A stretch of 64,000 bases of DNA from Raillietiella orientalis (taxonomy: Eukaryota): the NCBI GenBank assembly GCA_036172245.1, contig JAYWIR010000008.1, forward strand, positions 3,534,001 to 3,598,000. The letters run 5' to 3'. How positions within the stretch are numbered: the first letter of the stretch is position 1; every line of letters starts with the position of its first letter. The position numbers and the translations under genes were made by a program. Below the pieces are notes generated by a model. The model saw nothing but the letters and a program-made list of their open reading frames with translations. It did no database searches and had not been told where the DNA came from. This document shows, piece after piece, positions 1-10,951 of the stretch.

Positions 1-351
1 CGAGAAGAGAAACTGGGTCAAGCGAGCACGGTGGTATTGATAAGCGATTCGACCCACTTTGGAAACACTCAAGAGTGTGAGGACGAGAATTGTACCCTTT
101 CCAGGAAAACTCCTGTCACGTGTGCTTTTTCTTAAACAGGATGGACTCTTTTCATTCCTCTTCGTTCGCCCGTTTCGTTGGGAAATTTTCGAGATTCGAA
201 AGAGGGAAGGTTAAGGTTTCTCCGACGGGGTTGGTATTCCGCAGGGATCCACCGACGCTGCCCGAGTGTGGTGAGTCGCCCCCCATTTGCGCTTATCGCA
301 CGAATCGTTGCTGTTAAATGTGGACAGCACGCAGGGAAGCAGTACGGATCG

Positions 352-458
352 GGTTTCAGAGCGGTGGTCGAATTTCTGGTGGGGGCGGTTGCATGGGAGC
401 ACCAGGGCTTCTCTCTGTATCGTTCCAATTTTAGTGTATGCACAGCCGAAGCGTGTAC
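352..458 (-). ncRNA. U6 snRNA-like sequence: 5' half intact, 3' half diverged (variant, chimera or pseudogene)
   Basis: The minus strand from 458 reads GTACACGCTTCGGCTGTGCATACACTAAAATTGGAACGATACAGAGAGAAG. It has a UUCG-capped 5' stem-loop and a 24-nt exact match to the conserved U6 block ACTAAAATTGGAACGATACAGAGA (435-412). The ATTAGCATGGCCCC..GGATGAC region is absent. There is no upstream TATA box and no T-run at the expected U6 end, so the 3' boundary is approximate. Confidence 0.85.
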
Positions 459-1830
459 TTAGACGACCTCCCATTCCCTTTCACCCCCCTGGGCGTTCCG
501 CGACTCCGTGCGTCTCCCGTCCGGCCCCTGCGTCGCCGCGGCTCTTCCCTCCGCTGGCCGTTCCACCAAGGCGGTCTCCCATCCATCCGGCAGATCTTCC
601 CTTCGCTCCCCAGGCGGGTTCTCTTAGGGCTTCTCTCAGAGCAAGTCACTCTCAGCGTCATGCCATGGTGTAATTAAAGGATCTGGTTCTCGTTCCAGAG
701 GACAACGCTGCTCGTTTTCGAACCCACTTGTGGTGTTTCTTCTGCTTTGTTATGGATGGAACGCCCGTTCATGCAATTGTCTGCTCCCAAACATTTGGAT
801 TTTCAAAGTCCTCGCTCCCTAGGGGAGGAATTTCTTCCAGATCCCTTGGTTGCTTTGGGCACTATTATGTCTCAAGCTCGTCTCTGGAGCTCAACTGATT
901 TATGGATGGATTTCTTGATGTGTTTCTCTTCAGCTCTGCCACTACAACAGGATGTAGCTGTTTCGTCCTTTACCAGAACCAAATTACCGTTCCGTTCAGA
1001 CTCATCAGAATGCACACTTGGGAGGTCAAGCTGGGAACATGAGTGCTCGAGTTGCTGCTGGCAGAAATCGGCAAGACGGAGGACATAGTATGAGCACACT
1101 TTCGGTTTTCCTTGACTGCTTCACACAGTAGCGAATTCGTTCCTCCTCCGCTTTTATAATGACGTGGTGGCTTCATCTCTTTCTCCACTTTTGCGAACTT
1201 GTCCGTAAGCGTGGTAAGGTTCTTTGGAAAGATACCTCCTTAAAGCCGGAAAACCGGAGAGGCTCGCATGCCGAGCTCGGGTTCTCATGCGATTCCCTAT
1301 TCTGACCGCGTCACCTAATCCCAGCCCATCCTCCTCCGATTGAGCCTCGTGCATCTGAATAATTCATAATTCACTTGCTCGTGGAAGTGATTCCTTCACC
1401 ATGCCTTCTGAGTCACCTAACTGCTTCTGCCCGACTGCGCTTCCTTTCAGCTGCTAGCTGCTGCTAGTTATGTGTACTCCAGAATTTGTAATTACACATC
1501 CAAATTGAAAAAACGATCACCAAAACGTGATGCTTTCACAACAGACTTGTGCAACTGGGGAAGGGATGTTCGTCAGGGGAGGTCAGCACGCAGCTGACAG
1601 GGTCACCTTATCAGCATGCGAGTATTCTAAGTGGATATTCCAAGAAGCGCAACGGAGGTCGAGCTTTTCTAGAATGTCGGGAAGACGGAGTCTGGACGTT
1701 TGCGCCGCTGCTTATGCACGCATCTCACGTCCTCGGAAACAAATGGGTATAAAAACTGGGAAGGAGGGGGGGGGGGATCCTCTGGAGCAAATCAGAAAAG
1801 GGAATCACGTAAACTGCGAGCTTTCCGAAT

Positions 1831-1854
1831 GACGACGACGACGACGACGACGAC
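1831..1854. repeat. (GAC)8 microsatellite
   Basis: Read directly. Confidence 0.9.
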
Positions 1855-2447
1855 ATGGAAGAGCGAGTGTCAAATTGATGGACGTGTTTTCTCGTTCCCA
1901 GCTAACCGTATGTGAAATATGCCGAGCTGGGAACGCTTTTCCCGTGGACGCCAGCCAGGGTGGACGAGGGCGCGAAGAGCTGCGCGATCGAAGTGCGCCT
2001 TCGATTCTTTGCTTAATTTGCAACATTTCATCGGCGCCCCTGTCTTTCAGGTTTTCGTGCTTTCTGTGTGAGAGAACAACACAAGCGGAAACGGATCAAT
2101 CCACTGCTGCTACTGCTTTTTTCGAAAAAATTCACACTCGAACGGGCTCTCCTCCGTCTTCTTCTTCTTCTTCCCAGACGCAACGAGACAGGTCGGAGTA
2201 GGGTTCCCCGACGGATCGGCTGGTGCGTGAGAAAATCCGAGGGATCCCGGGAATCAGCAGCCAGGAAATTCGAAAACTTTCCCCCCAGCGTGTACTCTTA
2301 TCGGCGGAGAGCGATACAGCCATCGCGATAGCTGCCGCGGACGGGGCGTACCAGTTCGTGCCGTGGATGCCGCTCGCCTGTCGGCTGGCAAGCATGCCCG
2401 CAGTGGTGCCGCACGCTCCTCCGCATTGACGCTCGAGGCCCTTCGAG

Positions 2448-3724
2448 ATGCTGGAAACCGAGAAGGAAATCAAAGTGCTGGTATGCAATACCCCTCTTTT
2501 TTTTCTTCTTTCTTTCTCCCCTTCCCCCCTTTGAAGAAGCTGTGGAATGCGTTCGCGCCGATCACGCGCCGGCCTGGACGTTCCGTCCAAGCATTCCCCC
2601 CCCCCCCTGCCGTTCTGAAAACTCCGTGCCAGGAGACTTCGTCCCCGGGCGTACTTTGTAAAAAAAAAGAGCTCATTCGTAAACTTTCATTTTCAGCAGC
2701 TGGAGTTTGACTGGCTCTTGCAGCAGGATGTCAACCTGATGTTTGAAGAACTCGCGAGGATACTGAAAGTAAGTTTGCTTCGAAATACAGAAATTATTAC
2801 TCTCCGCACTCGACCATTGAAAGTTGTAGTTTTAATGTGCCATTCAAATAAACAGCATAATTGTTTGTATGACAGAAATGTGATGATATGTTTCTGAGCT
2901 CATCGGATGGGCCAAGTTCCAAAGCAAAACCTGAAACCTTTGTCATGACCTCCCAAAGTCTTAATCAAACACAGCTCAAGTGTGTCGTGACCATGCAGGG
3001 GGATTATATTATTCAAGGGGTAAGAACACCAATCTGAGATACAAGTTGCATCACATATCTTGCAGGATTTGAACATTCAGGTGCACAAGCATCATGTCAA
3101 TGTATATCACACATCCATCGCATCAGATCACCCATGGAAGGTGCAACAGATTCAAGATGCTGCCAATCATCTACAGTTGGCTCTTTCACAAGTGAATCAT
3201 TTGTTGAAAGGAAAAATTTTCCACCTGACTGAAGATGTGCTTTTTCCTCTTAGTCATATCATGAGCTGTCTACAACGCTGCCAGAACTGTTTGCTCGTAC
3301 CAAAAAGAACCAACATCGAAGATCTCATGAAGAGCAAGAACATGGTAATATATGCAAAAAAAGAATCTGATTCAGCAAGGTCTTATTCTTAGAAATGCTT
3401 ATCACCCCTTCTCCCTGCTGATATGGTGATTAGTTTCTATCTGCAAGGTGCCAAGTTGAACTGTGCTTGTTACCGTGTAGCCTATCACCATGGTAAAATT
3501 ACTTTCAAAGTCTGTCAGGCAGAGACCATTGTGCCTTGGGTACGAACAGTGCTTTCCCAACTCACTACAGCTATGCACTTGGCACAGCATTTCAAAGACA
3601 AGGTAACTAATAATATTGTATAGAATTTCTTTTAGTGTCACAATAGTTCCAGGTTTTCACTCAATACAAGGACTGTCTGTCTTTTTCTTGTTCATCTAGT
3701 TCAGCAAGCTCAAGCTCATTGTAG
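2448..3724 (+). CDS. rogdi: Protein rogdi homolog, 6 exons, 271 aa
   Basis: Exons 2448-2480, 2697-2768, 2876-3019, 3066-3344, 3393-3602, 3647-3724, all joined by GT-AG phase-0 introns (216, 107, 46, 48, 44 nt). Motifs QLEFDWLLQQDV, PWKVQQIQDAANHLQ, LLVPKR..EDLMKSKNM, SFYLQ, VPWV and FKDKFQVFTQYKD match the Rogdi family in order. Confidence 0.93.
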
Positions 3725-3750
3725 AGATTGTTTACAGCATAAGATCATGC

Positions 3751-3756
3751 AATAAA
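3751..3756 (+). terminator. Probable rogdi polyadenylation signal AATAAA
   Basis: Canonical hexamer 26 nt after the rogdi stop codon. Confidence 0.65.
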
Positions 3757-3762
3757 GAACAT

Positions 3763-6149
3763 TTATCTGTGTTTTTTCCTCCTGCTTCGGTGCTCTCGAG
3801 AGGGGGTTGTTTCACTGCTACCCACAATGATTTGGCCCTCCTGGATTTCTTGCTTTGTGGCAGCATCAGTAACAGCATTCAGTTTGGATTGGGTGTCCAA
3901 GTAAAACAGCACATCCCTAAGCTGGTCATTGAGTTCTGCTACTTCCTAAATTCTCTGTGCAAGATGCAGTTATACCAATTAGCTGTTTACCTTCTCCTTG
4001 GTTGCCTTCTCCTCCTGAAGCTGCTTGATCTGATTCTGCCAAAGTAACTGGTTCTCGCGCATACATCGATTTAGCTCGCACTCTTCTTGCAGCTGATTTT
4101 GGATATAGGATAAGCGGCTGGTAGCAGCGTTCAGCTGAACAAATAAATGATCTGGATACATGCAATCTAACATACTTTCTTCTCCAGAGCTTGTCGCTCT
4201 TTAGTTAATGCAGCCAGTTGCTCTTCCACCTGTCGGTTCTTCTCCATCACCTGGCGGGTTTGCTGTCCAAATTCTTCAATCTGGGGAGCAACTCCTCAAA
4301 TGAATCAGTCTTGTCACTTACCTTGCGGCTAGCTTCCTTTGATCGCTGGGCCAATTTTTCCTCAAAATAACGACGCTGTGATTCCAGTTGGGAAGTTAGC
4401 AGATAGGTGTACTCCAGTTGTAAGGCATCCAATTTTTCCTCAATCCCTGACTACTGTCCTTATGCAGATTTGCATCAGTTCACCTCACCATCTCCTTATC
4501 TCTCAGATCAATAGAATTGCCATCATTTACTTCTACCAGCTTCCCATCTGCTTTATTCTGCAATAATCGATGCACAAAGTTGTCGCCAACATAGTCCCAA
4601 ACACGGTTGCTGCCCAATTGCATTGCAAATGTGTGTTGGGTGTCCACAAAGTGTCTATCAGCTTCATGCTTTTCATCCCTGCCTTACTCACTGGTAGGCA
4701 TGCCGATTTTCATATCGACCACAACCTACATGGCCGCAGATGAGGCAAATCCATAAGCCCTGCATTGCGCCACATTGCAGGCAACAATTATCAGCACTTA
4801 ACTCAGGTGTCTGGGAGTGGCGGCAAACAGGGCAGCTGGGCAGAAAACTGATATTAGCTGTTGTAATCCCCTGTTTCCTACCTGATGTCTCCCCATTTAG
4901 ACAAGCAATTTCCATGAAATGTATGATTGCAAAGAATAGTCAGCACTCCATCCAAGGATTCATCCATGCGTTCCAAACATACTGGACACATGGGCAGTTC
5001 TGTATGTCCCACTACAGAAATGTTCACATAGCAATTTATAACCTAACTTGAATCTCACCAATTGGTAATCCACCTCCTTCAGATTCCTTGGTCATTTCAA
5101 TACTCGCAATGTACACCAGATGGCAAACATTTGGCTCCAACAGATTGTACTGAATGTTGTTAAAACTCTGGAAGAACTCATCGGCAGCATTCTGAACTTC
5201 GACTTCTGTGTTCTACCCAATTACCTGGCTGCAGAACTTGAGTAACACCATATACTGATTGGGTGTGGAATCTCGAATGATTCGGACATGCTTGATCTCA
5301 GGATAGCAGGGGGCAATAAAATTTAACAGATCATGTGTAGTCATTGTTGCTGGAACAGCAAGCATGCATATCATATCACTCCGGGGGACAGGGTCTCTCA
5401 ATGAGATAAGATGACTGAAAAAACAAACTTTTGTGCCTTCAGCATAGAAGTCTCTTTTCTAAGACTATGACAAACATTACAGGAACAGCAAGCATGAAAG
5501 TGATCCATGAATCATCATACCAAACTTACTTTTGCTTAAACAGGTGAAGAATGCCTTTGGTAACTTCCACAAAGGGATTCCCCGAGATGAATGGGATCTG
5601 TTCTTTCACTTTGCACTTCTTATCTTCCACTGCTGACTGTGCATCTTGTACATTGTTCGTTTTCGGTTTCAGGCAGAATTTGGAAGATGCTCTGTGATGG
5701 GGGGTATTCTGTTTGCAAATGGATTCTCTTCCTGAACTCGCGGAACGAATCTCGTCAAAATGCTCTACATTGTCCTGGTCTGGTATTTTCAGATCTTTGT
5801 CCATGCTGTATGACTCCATAGTTATGTTGCAAAACTTCCTCAGCCCCTGATGAAGCTTCAGGTTATCTTTGTACCTGGGATTGCTGTTTGACAAGTTGCC
5901 TTCGGTTTCATCTTTTATGCCATAAAGATCCCTTGACGACGGTGCTAAGGAGTTTCGGACACGATTAAATACCATCCACGAACTTAAACTTAACAAATTC
6001 AAAATTCATTTTACACTAAAACGGTCCGATTCCGAACGAAATTTTCACGTGGAAGCATTGTGGACTACCTTACCCGTGTAATTGATATTTTCAGTTATCG
6101 AATACCCATCGGAAATTTCCAAACGCAGAAGACACAATGATATTGACAT
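3763..6149 (-). CDS. BRAP: BRCA1-associated protein (BRAP2/IMP) E3 ligase: BRAP2 domain, RING-H2, ZnF-UBP, coiled coil; 11 exons, 604 aa
   Basis: Exons 6149-6074, 5944-5530, 5414-5225, 5191-5059, 5011-4882, 4835-4692, 4654-4489, 4450-4322, 4280-4176, 4134-3991, 3945-3763 total 1815 nt with consistent phases. Motifs: [82 protein letters not shown]; Zn[80 protein letters not shown]; basic C-terminus RSRRKKHR. Confidence 0.95.
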
Positions 6150-9100
6150 ATGCCACTACTTAATTCAGGCAAATGCCGATAGCTTTGTCGGATCAGCAAA
6201 AACACTTAGCGGAGCATAGGATGTCCAAACGTACTATTTTATAACGGCAGTTCGAACTGTAATAACTGTTTCCTTGTTTCAGACTTCACAACCCTCAGCA
6301 ATTTATTCTGCGCACATCGCGACTGCATGCTGCAGCACTTGGCGGGCAGGAAGGCAACATCAAATTTCTTCAGCACCTGCTGCCTTTTATCAATTGGTGC
6401 CGAGATAACAGCTAGCCCCCTCCTTCCGAACAGATTCGGAAATTACCTGGGTAACCGGGATGTGTTAGCACTCAGGAGTGATTGAAACTGTTTCTGAGTG
6501 TCGAAATCCCCCCGTCCCTCCCTCCTCCCTTTGATTTCTTCCAGATCTCTTCCCAAGGACTTACTGACGCTCGGCAGTTGAGAGGGGTTTTTTCTTTCTT
6601 TTCGATTTGAATATCTACACTAAACCTTCTCCTGCCCTTCCTGAAAATGAGGAAGAATTATGCAAAGAGAAAAAAGAAAGTTTATCAAGTTTCTCTGGTC
6701 ATAATTTTCATTAACAGGTAACGACCAGTTGATTTCTTCTTCTTCTTCAGCCAGGCAGAATGACTGGAATGGGAACATTGGCTGTCGACCCTGTGCTTTT
6801 CTTATGCTTTTGCCTTTGCATGATCGTGGACGCATATTTTTGTTTGGTTTCGAATTTTGAGCCTGGCGTTCCTCGAGCTGAAAAATCCTCCTGCAGCCTC
6901 CCTTTGTGGTCCTCTCCTACAAGAAAAACTGCATCAACATCTTGATTGTAGCCATTTCGATAAGGAAGGAAATAACTGGGATGAGGAAAAATATCACAGT
7001 GAAAGAGTATGACCAAAAGAAAAAAAAATGGGTCGTAACTCTTTTGATGCAAGCAAGGCACACAGTATCTTCGAAATGTGCACGCGCGGCTGAAAAACCA
7101 CTTTGAGAAGACGGAAAAAAGGCAACCCCTCTCACAAAAAGTAGAGCTCGGAATTTGCTGCTTGAATACCAATTACGTCGACTATCGGGTGTCCTGATAG
7201 AAAAGCACGCAGACAGCATTATTTCCAGAGTGCTTCAAAACAAATGATGAGCAGCTGATTCACTTTTTCAGACATTGGTTACTGAGTTGTAATCTGTGTA
7301 AATGCTGATGTAATGCAACACAGTTCTCAGGAATAATACTGTTGATCTCCGTTGATTCAGTTCGCGTTAGGAAGTTTTTTGTGAATGAAAACTGAAACAG
7401 TGGATTAGATAGATTTTTTTTTTAATGGCGGATACTAAATCTTCTCCTGCACTCCCGGAAAATAAACAAGAATTGTCCAAAAATCAAAGCTCATGATTGC
7501 ACGATTCGTCTTTATAAGAAACATGGAATCATTGAAGAATAAATCAGTAGGCAGAGTTTGACCAATATTGGTTGGATCCGGTTAGTGAGTTTTATATTAT
7601 AGATGAGAATGCACCGTTGGAGTAGATGGATGACAAACGAGCAAAACAGATCCACATTACACAATGCAGCACAAATCTGGAAGGAGATACTGATCGTGGA
7701 GTTCTTTAGCCTGGAACGCCTCACATGATACTAATGAAGAAGTATCTGCCTCTCACCAATAACCATTTGCTAGAGAATGAATGGCACTGAACAACAGATA
7801 AGTGAGGCTGCGCAAAACTGGAAACAAAATTTGCTCTGGGAATCGGAGATGTGTTGTACCAAACAATGAGAAATGCCTTAACACGAGTCACCAGCGTGTT
7901 CACACCCTCGTTTATTTTTGTTTTTTTCTCCTTAAAAAAACAAGACTTTGGAAGAATCTGCAAAGGATCCACGATTTCTCCGTTTTTTTTCAAGGCAAGC
8001 AGAGAGAAATAGAAGGGGCAGCTGTTTTGGCCTCCTATGGCGGGACCTACAGGTCGGGATGCAAGTGTGAACGATGCAAAGAGCACAGGGAGGAAAAGGA
8101 AGCAGCCTGGGACACGAAGTGGAATGCGCCTGCTTTTGAGATGCAGCATTTCGAGGGTGAAAAAGAGCATCATTCTGATCGCACATGCGGAACTCCTCGG
8201 AATGCAAGGATAGGAGAAGCATTTTCTTAATAAACTTGGAGAACAAACCCTAGGATGGAGGGATGCTTGCATGTATCCAGAGAATAGGTCGAGGGCAGAG
8301 ACCTGCTTTCTGGGGCATAGCCCATACGAAATAAAAGGAGCAACAGTAGTCAAATAAAAGGCCAATTTTCCAGGGTAGGAATGCTGGAGAGAGATGATGA
8401 ATCCATTCCTTCTGGAGTGGTCTCCGATGCCTAGAGAAGTTACAGAGGAAGTGATTTCTGGAGATTCCCTCGTCGGTCTCCGGAAAGACATTGGCAATTT
8501 TTTAAAGCAGGGCCACTGTCTTCACCCCATGAGCAACGAAAGCAATGGGATGTGCAGCTTAGCAGTTCCATGAGACTCCCAGAGGCCAAAACCGGTCTCT
8601 TCGACTCTCTCCAGAGATCCACTCGCCTCCCGCTTGCATCACTTCGTGGACCTCCGATCCATCGAAGAATCTCACGCAGAGGTTCTCCGCTCGGATCCAG
8701 GAGAGGCCAAGAGGAAGATTGGCTTCTCCGCGCGGCATCCTCCAGAGGAGCTTCACCAGCAGCAGCGATTGCAACAAATGCTCCCGGGTGCTAGTGGTCC
8801 AGTTCGCTGGAGGCTCAGGCGCAGCTTCTGTGAGAATCAAGGAGACTCTCTTTGCGGGTGGCCGGACCCTAGGAAACAGAGAGGGGGGGAGGTGGTGCTC
8901 TCGTTGTCTTCTTCGGTAACGAGGAGGATGAAACCTGGGGACTGAGGCTGTCGAAAAGCGGTCCGGCACACCTCCCCTGTCTGAGTCGGATGCCACCAAG
9001 CAGATTACAGAGATGATGATGCCGAAAAGATCCAAGGAATGAAAGGGAGATGGAATTCGAGCTAGTAAGAGTTGGAGAAATAAGCAAGGGCTCGTAGGGA

Positions 9101-10884
9101 ATGAGGAGGACGACGGCAGTCGAAGCAGCGGCGAGAGACGCCGTTGATCCTCTCAGGAGATCGGAGAACCCGCGGCAAAAGTCGATGGACGTTCGAACCT
9201 GGCTGATCGGAGACAAGAAAATCAGAAGAGTCTGGCATGAAGCTCACAAGCGGGAGCGCTGCCGAGAGGGGGAAGACAAGGAAGGAACGAGAGAGAGAAG
9301 TAAGGAAGAGTTTCGTCACCTCGTCGGCGGCTCGGGACTGCTCGGTAGGAGAAGAAGGGGGAGGGGGAACAGGCAGGGAAAAGCGAGAAGTCAAGTTTTT
9401 TACCCTTTCCCTCCCATCGCAATCACTCCCGATTGCGGAAAGAGGGAAAGGGAGTGTTCCGACCCAAGGAGCTTTCCGAGACGTCCCAGAAGGTCGCTCG
9501 TTCAGCGTCCCATGTTGCCCCTGGTTACGGCCACCGTCAATCCTCTTGTCCCCGCCTTCCGAGCAGCTCCGGTAGGGTTCGAAAGAAGAAACGAAGCTCC
9601 CGGTGTCTCCGGGAGCGTCGAGTTCCAGAAGGGCTTCCTCCTCATGGGGAAAATTCGTCCTGCTGACCCTCATGCGGGCAGATAGGGCCTGCCCTCACGG
9701 GCGGTCCTCCTCCTGGGGTGCGGTGATGCTCTCCACCGGCCGGCTACCGCTCGATGTGGAGTGCGTGCGTCGTGTCTGCGCGCGCGTGCATTGGCCAACT
9801 TCCGGTCTAAAAACAGCCTCTTCCCCCCCCTCTTCACTCGACCAGCGATCGCTTCTCCTCTCCCCGTCTTCAGCTACTCGGCAATTCATCTCTCCCACGA
9901 TCTGGTTTCGTTTCCTTGTTGTTTTCGAAAGGTCACCTGGAAAGGGGCAGGAAATCGAGGCGACCACTCCGCTGCTTTCGTCATCCTTCCGGGGACCAAT
10001 GGGAAGTCCGGATCTTTCGAGCGCCAGTGGAGAAGCGCTCGGCCAATGAGCACGGCTCGGCGAAAGCAAGCGCGGTGTCGGAGGAGGCACAGAAGCCTCG
10101 TTACCGTCCTTCCTCCGCGCGAAGAGTGGTCGCCATCGGCGGACCGAAAGAAAAAGTCTCTCTCACGGAAGAAAGGGACAATTTAGGAACGGGGCTGTTG
10201 CCTGGTGGCCGCGGCCGTCAATGCCGAACGCTGCGGCGGCCTCAATCTCGAGAGGGGGGGGGTCGAGCCCCGGAGTGCGTGCACCTCTATCCGCAGAACC
10301 GGGCGCAGAGGACATAGCGAAAACAGGAGCAGGAGAACGGGAAGGAGCGGCAGGACGCTGAGTGCAGCCTTTTCCTTCTTCCCTTTTCCCGCTTGCGAAA
10401 GATGCTCAGCGGCAAGCACCTCCTAGGATTCACTCGGGCGGAAGGGGGACGCCCGCTGCAGGCAGCAGCGGGCGGTGCCGGCACCCTAGCGGGTGCTCTT
10501 GGAACTTCCTCGCCCTGCCGCTGTTGCTGCTGCCGTCGCCTGAAGGCGCGTCGTTCGCGGGGCAGAGGAGCGGCTCGCTGCCGCAAGCCCCGTGAATCCA
10601 GGGCGCCCTTGGACAAGAGCCAGGAGGAGGAAGAGACAGACGGACCCGAGGGCGCGGCCGCTTGAACTCCTCTCCGCGGGGGTGACGGGAGGAAGAAGAA
10701 CTCGTTCTCCTCCCTCCCTCCCTCCCTCCCGTGTTCTCACTGAGAGCGGCCGGCGGGTCGGAGAGAACGCAGCCGGCGCCGATCCACGGTCCCGCGTTTC
10801 CTTGACGGTGGCTCCCGCTCCCAGCTCCTCCCTCCAAGACTCCGGGCTTCGCTTACTTATGGAAGGGAAAGATGCAACCTCTCC

Positions 10885-10951
10885 CCTTCACGACTATGAG
10901 GAAAGGGGGAAGGGGGTAACCCCCTTCCCCCTTTCCTCATAGTCGTGAAGG
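10885..10951. repeat. Perfect inverted repeat, 33-bp arms, 1-nt spacer
   Basis: 10885-10917 (CCTTCACGACTATGAGGAAAGGGGGAAGGGGGT) is the exact reverse complement of 10919-10951, with a central A at 10918. Confidence 0.95.

Noticed and set aside
20..29. GTGCTCGCTT on the minus strand, the same as the vertebrate U6 5' end
   Set aside because: Only 10 nt match and the sequence diverges immediately (GACC instead of CGGC), so it is probably chance.
1..411. An intron-split U6 gene, as found in some fungi
   Set aside because: No GT follows the ACAGAGA box, and no ATTAGCATGG..GGATGAC second half lies downstream within the window.
747..1354. Short ORFs in a moderate-GC patch between the U6-like element and rogdi
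   Set aside because: No recognisable protein and no coherent splice pattern.
7721..9035. Minus-strand ORFs of 258 and 158 aa suggesting a divergent membrane protein
   Set aside because: No consistent exon chain or family motif could be built. The region may be distal Hr4 3' UTR or intergenic.
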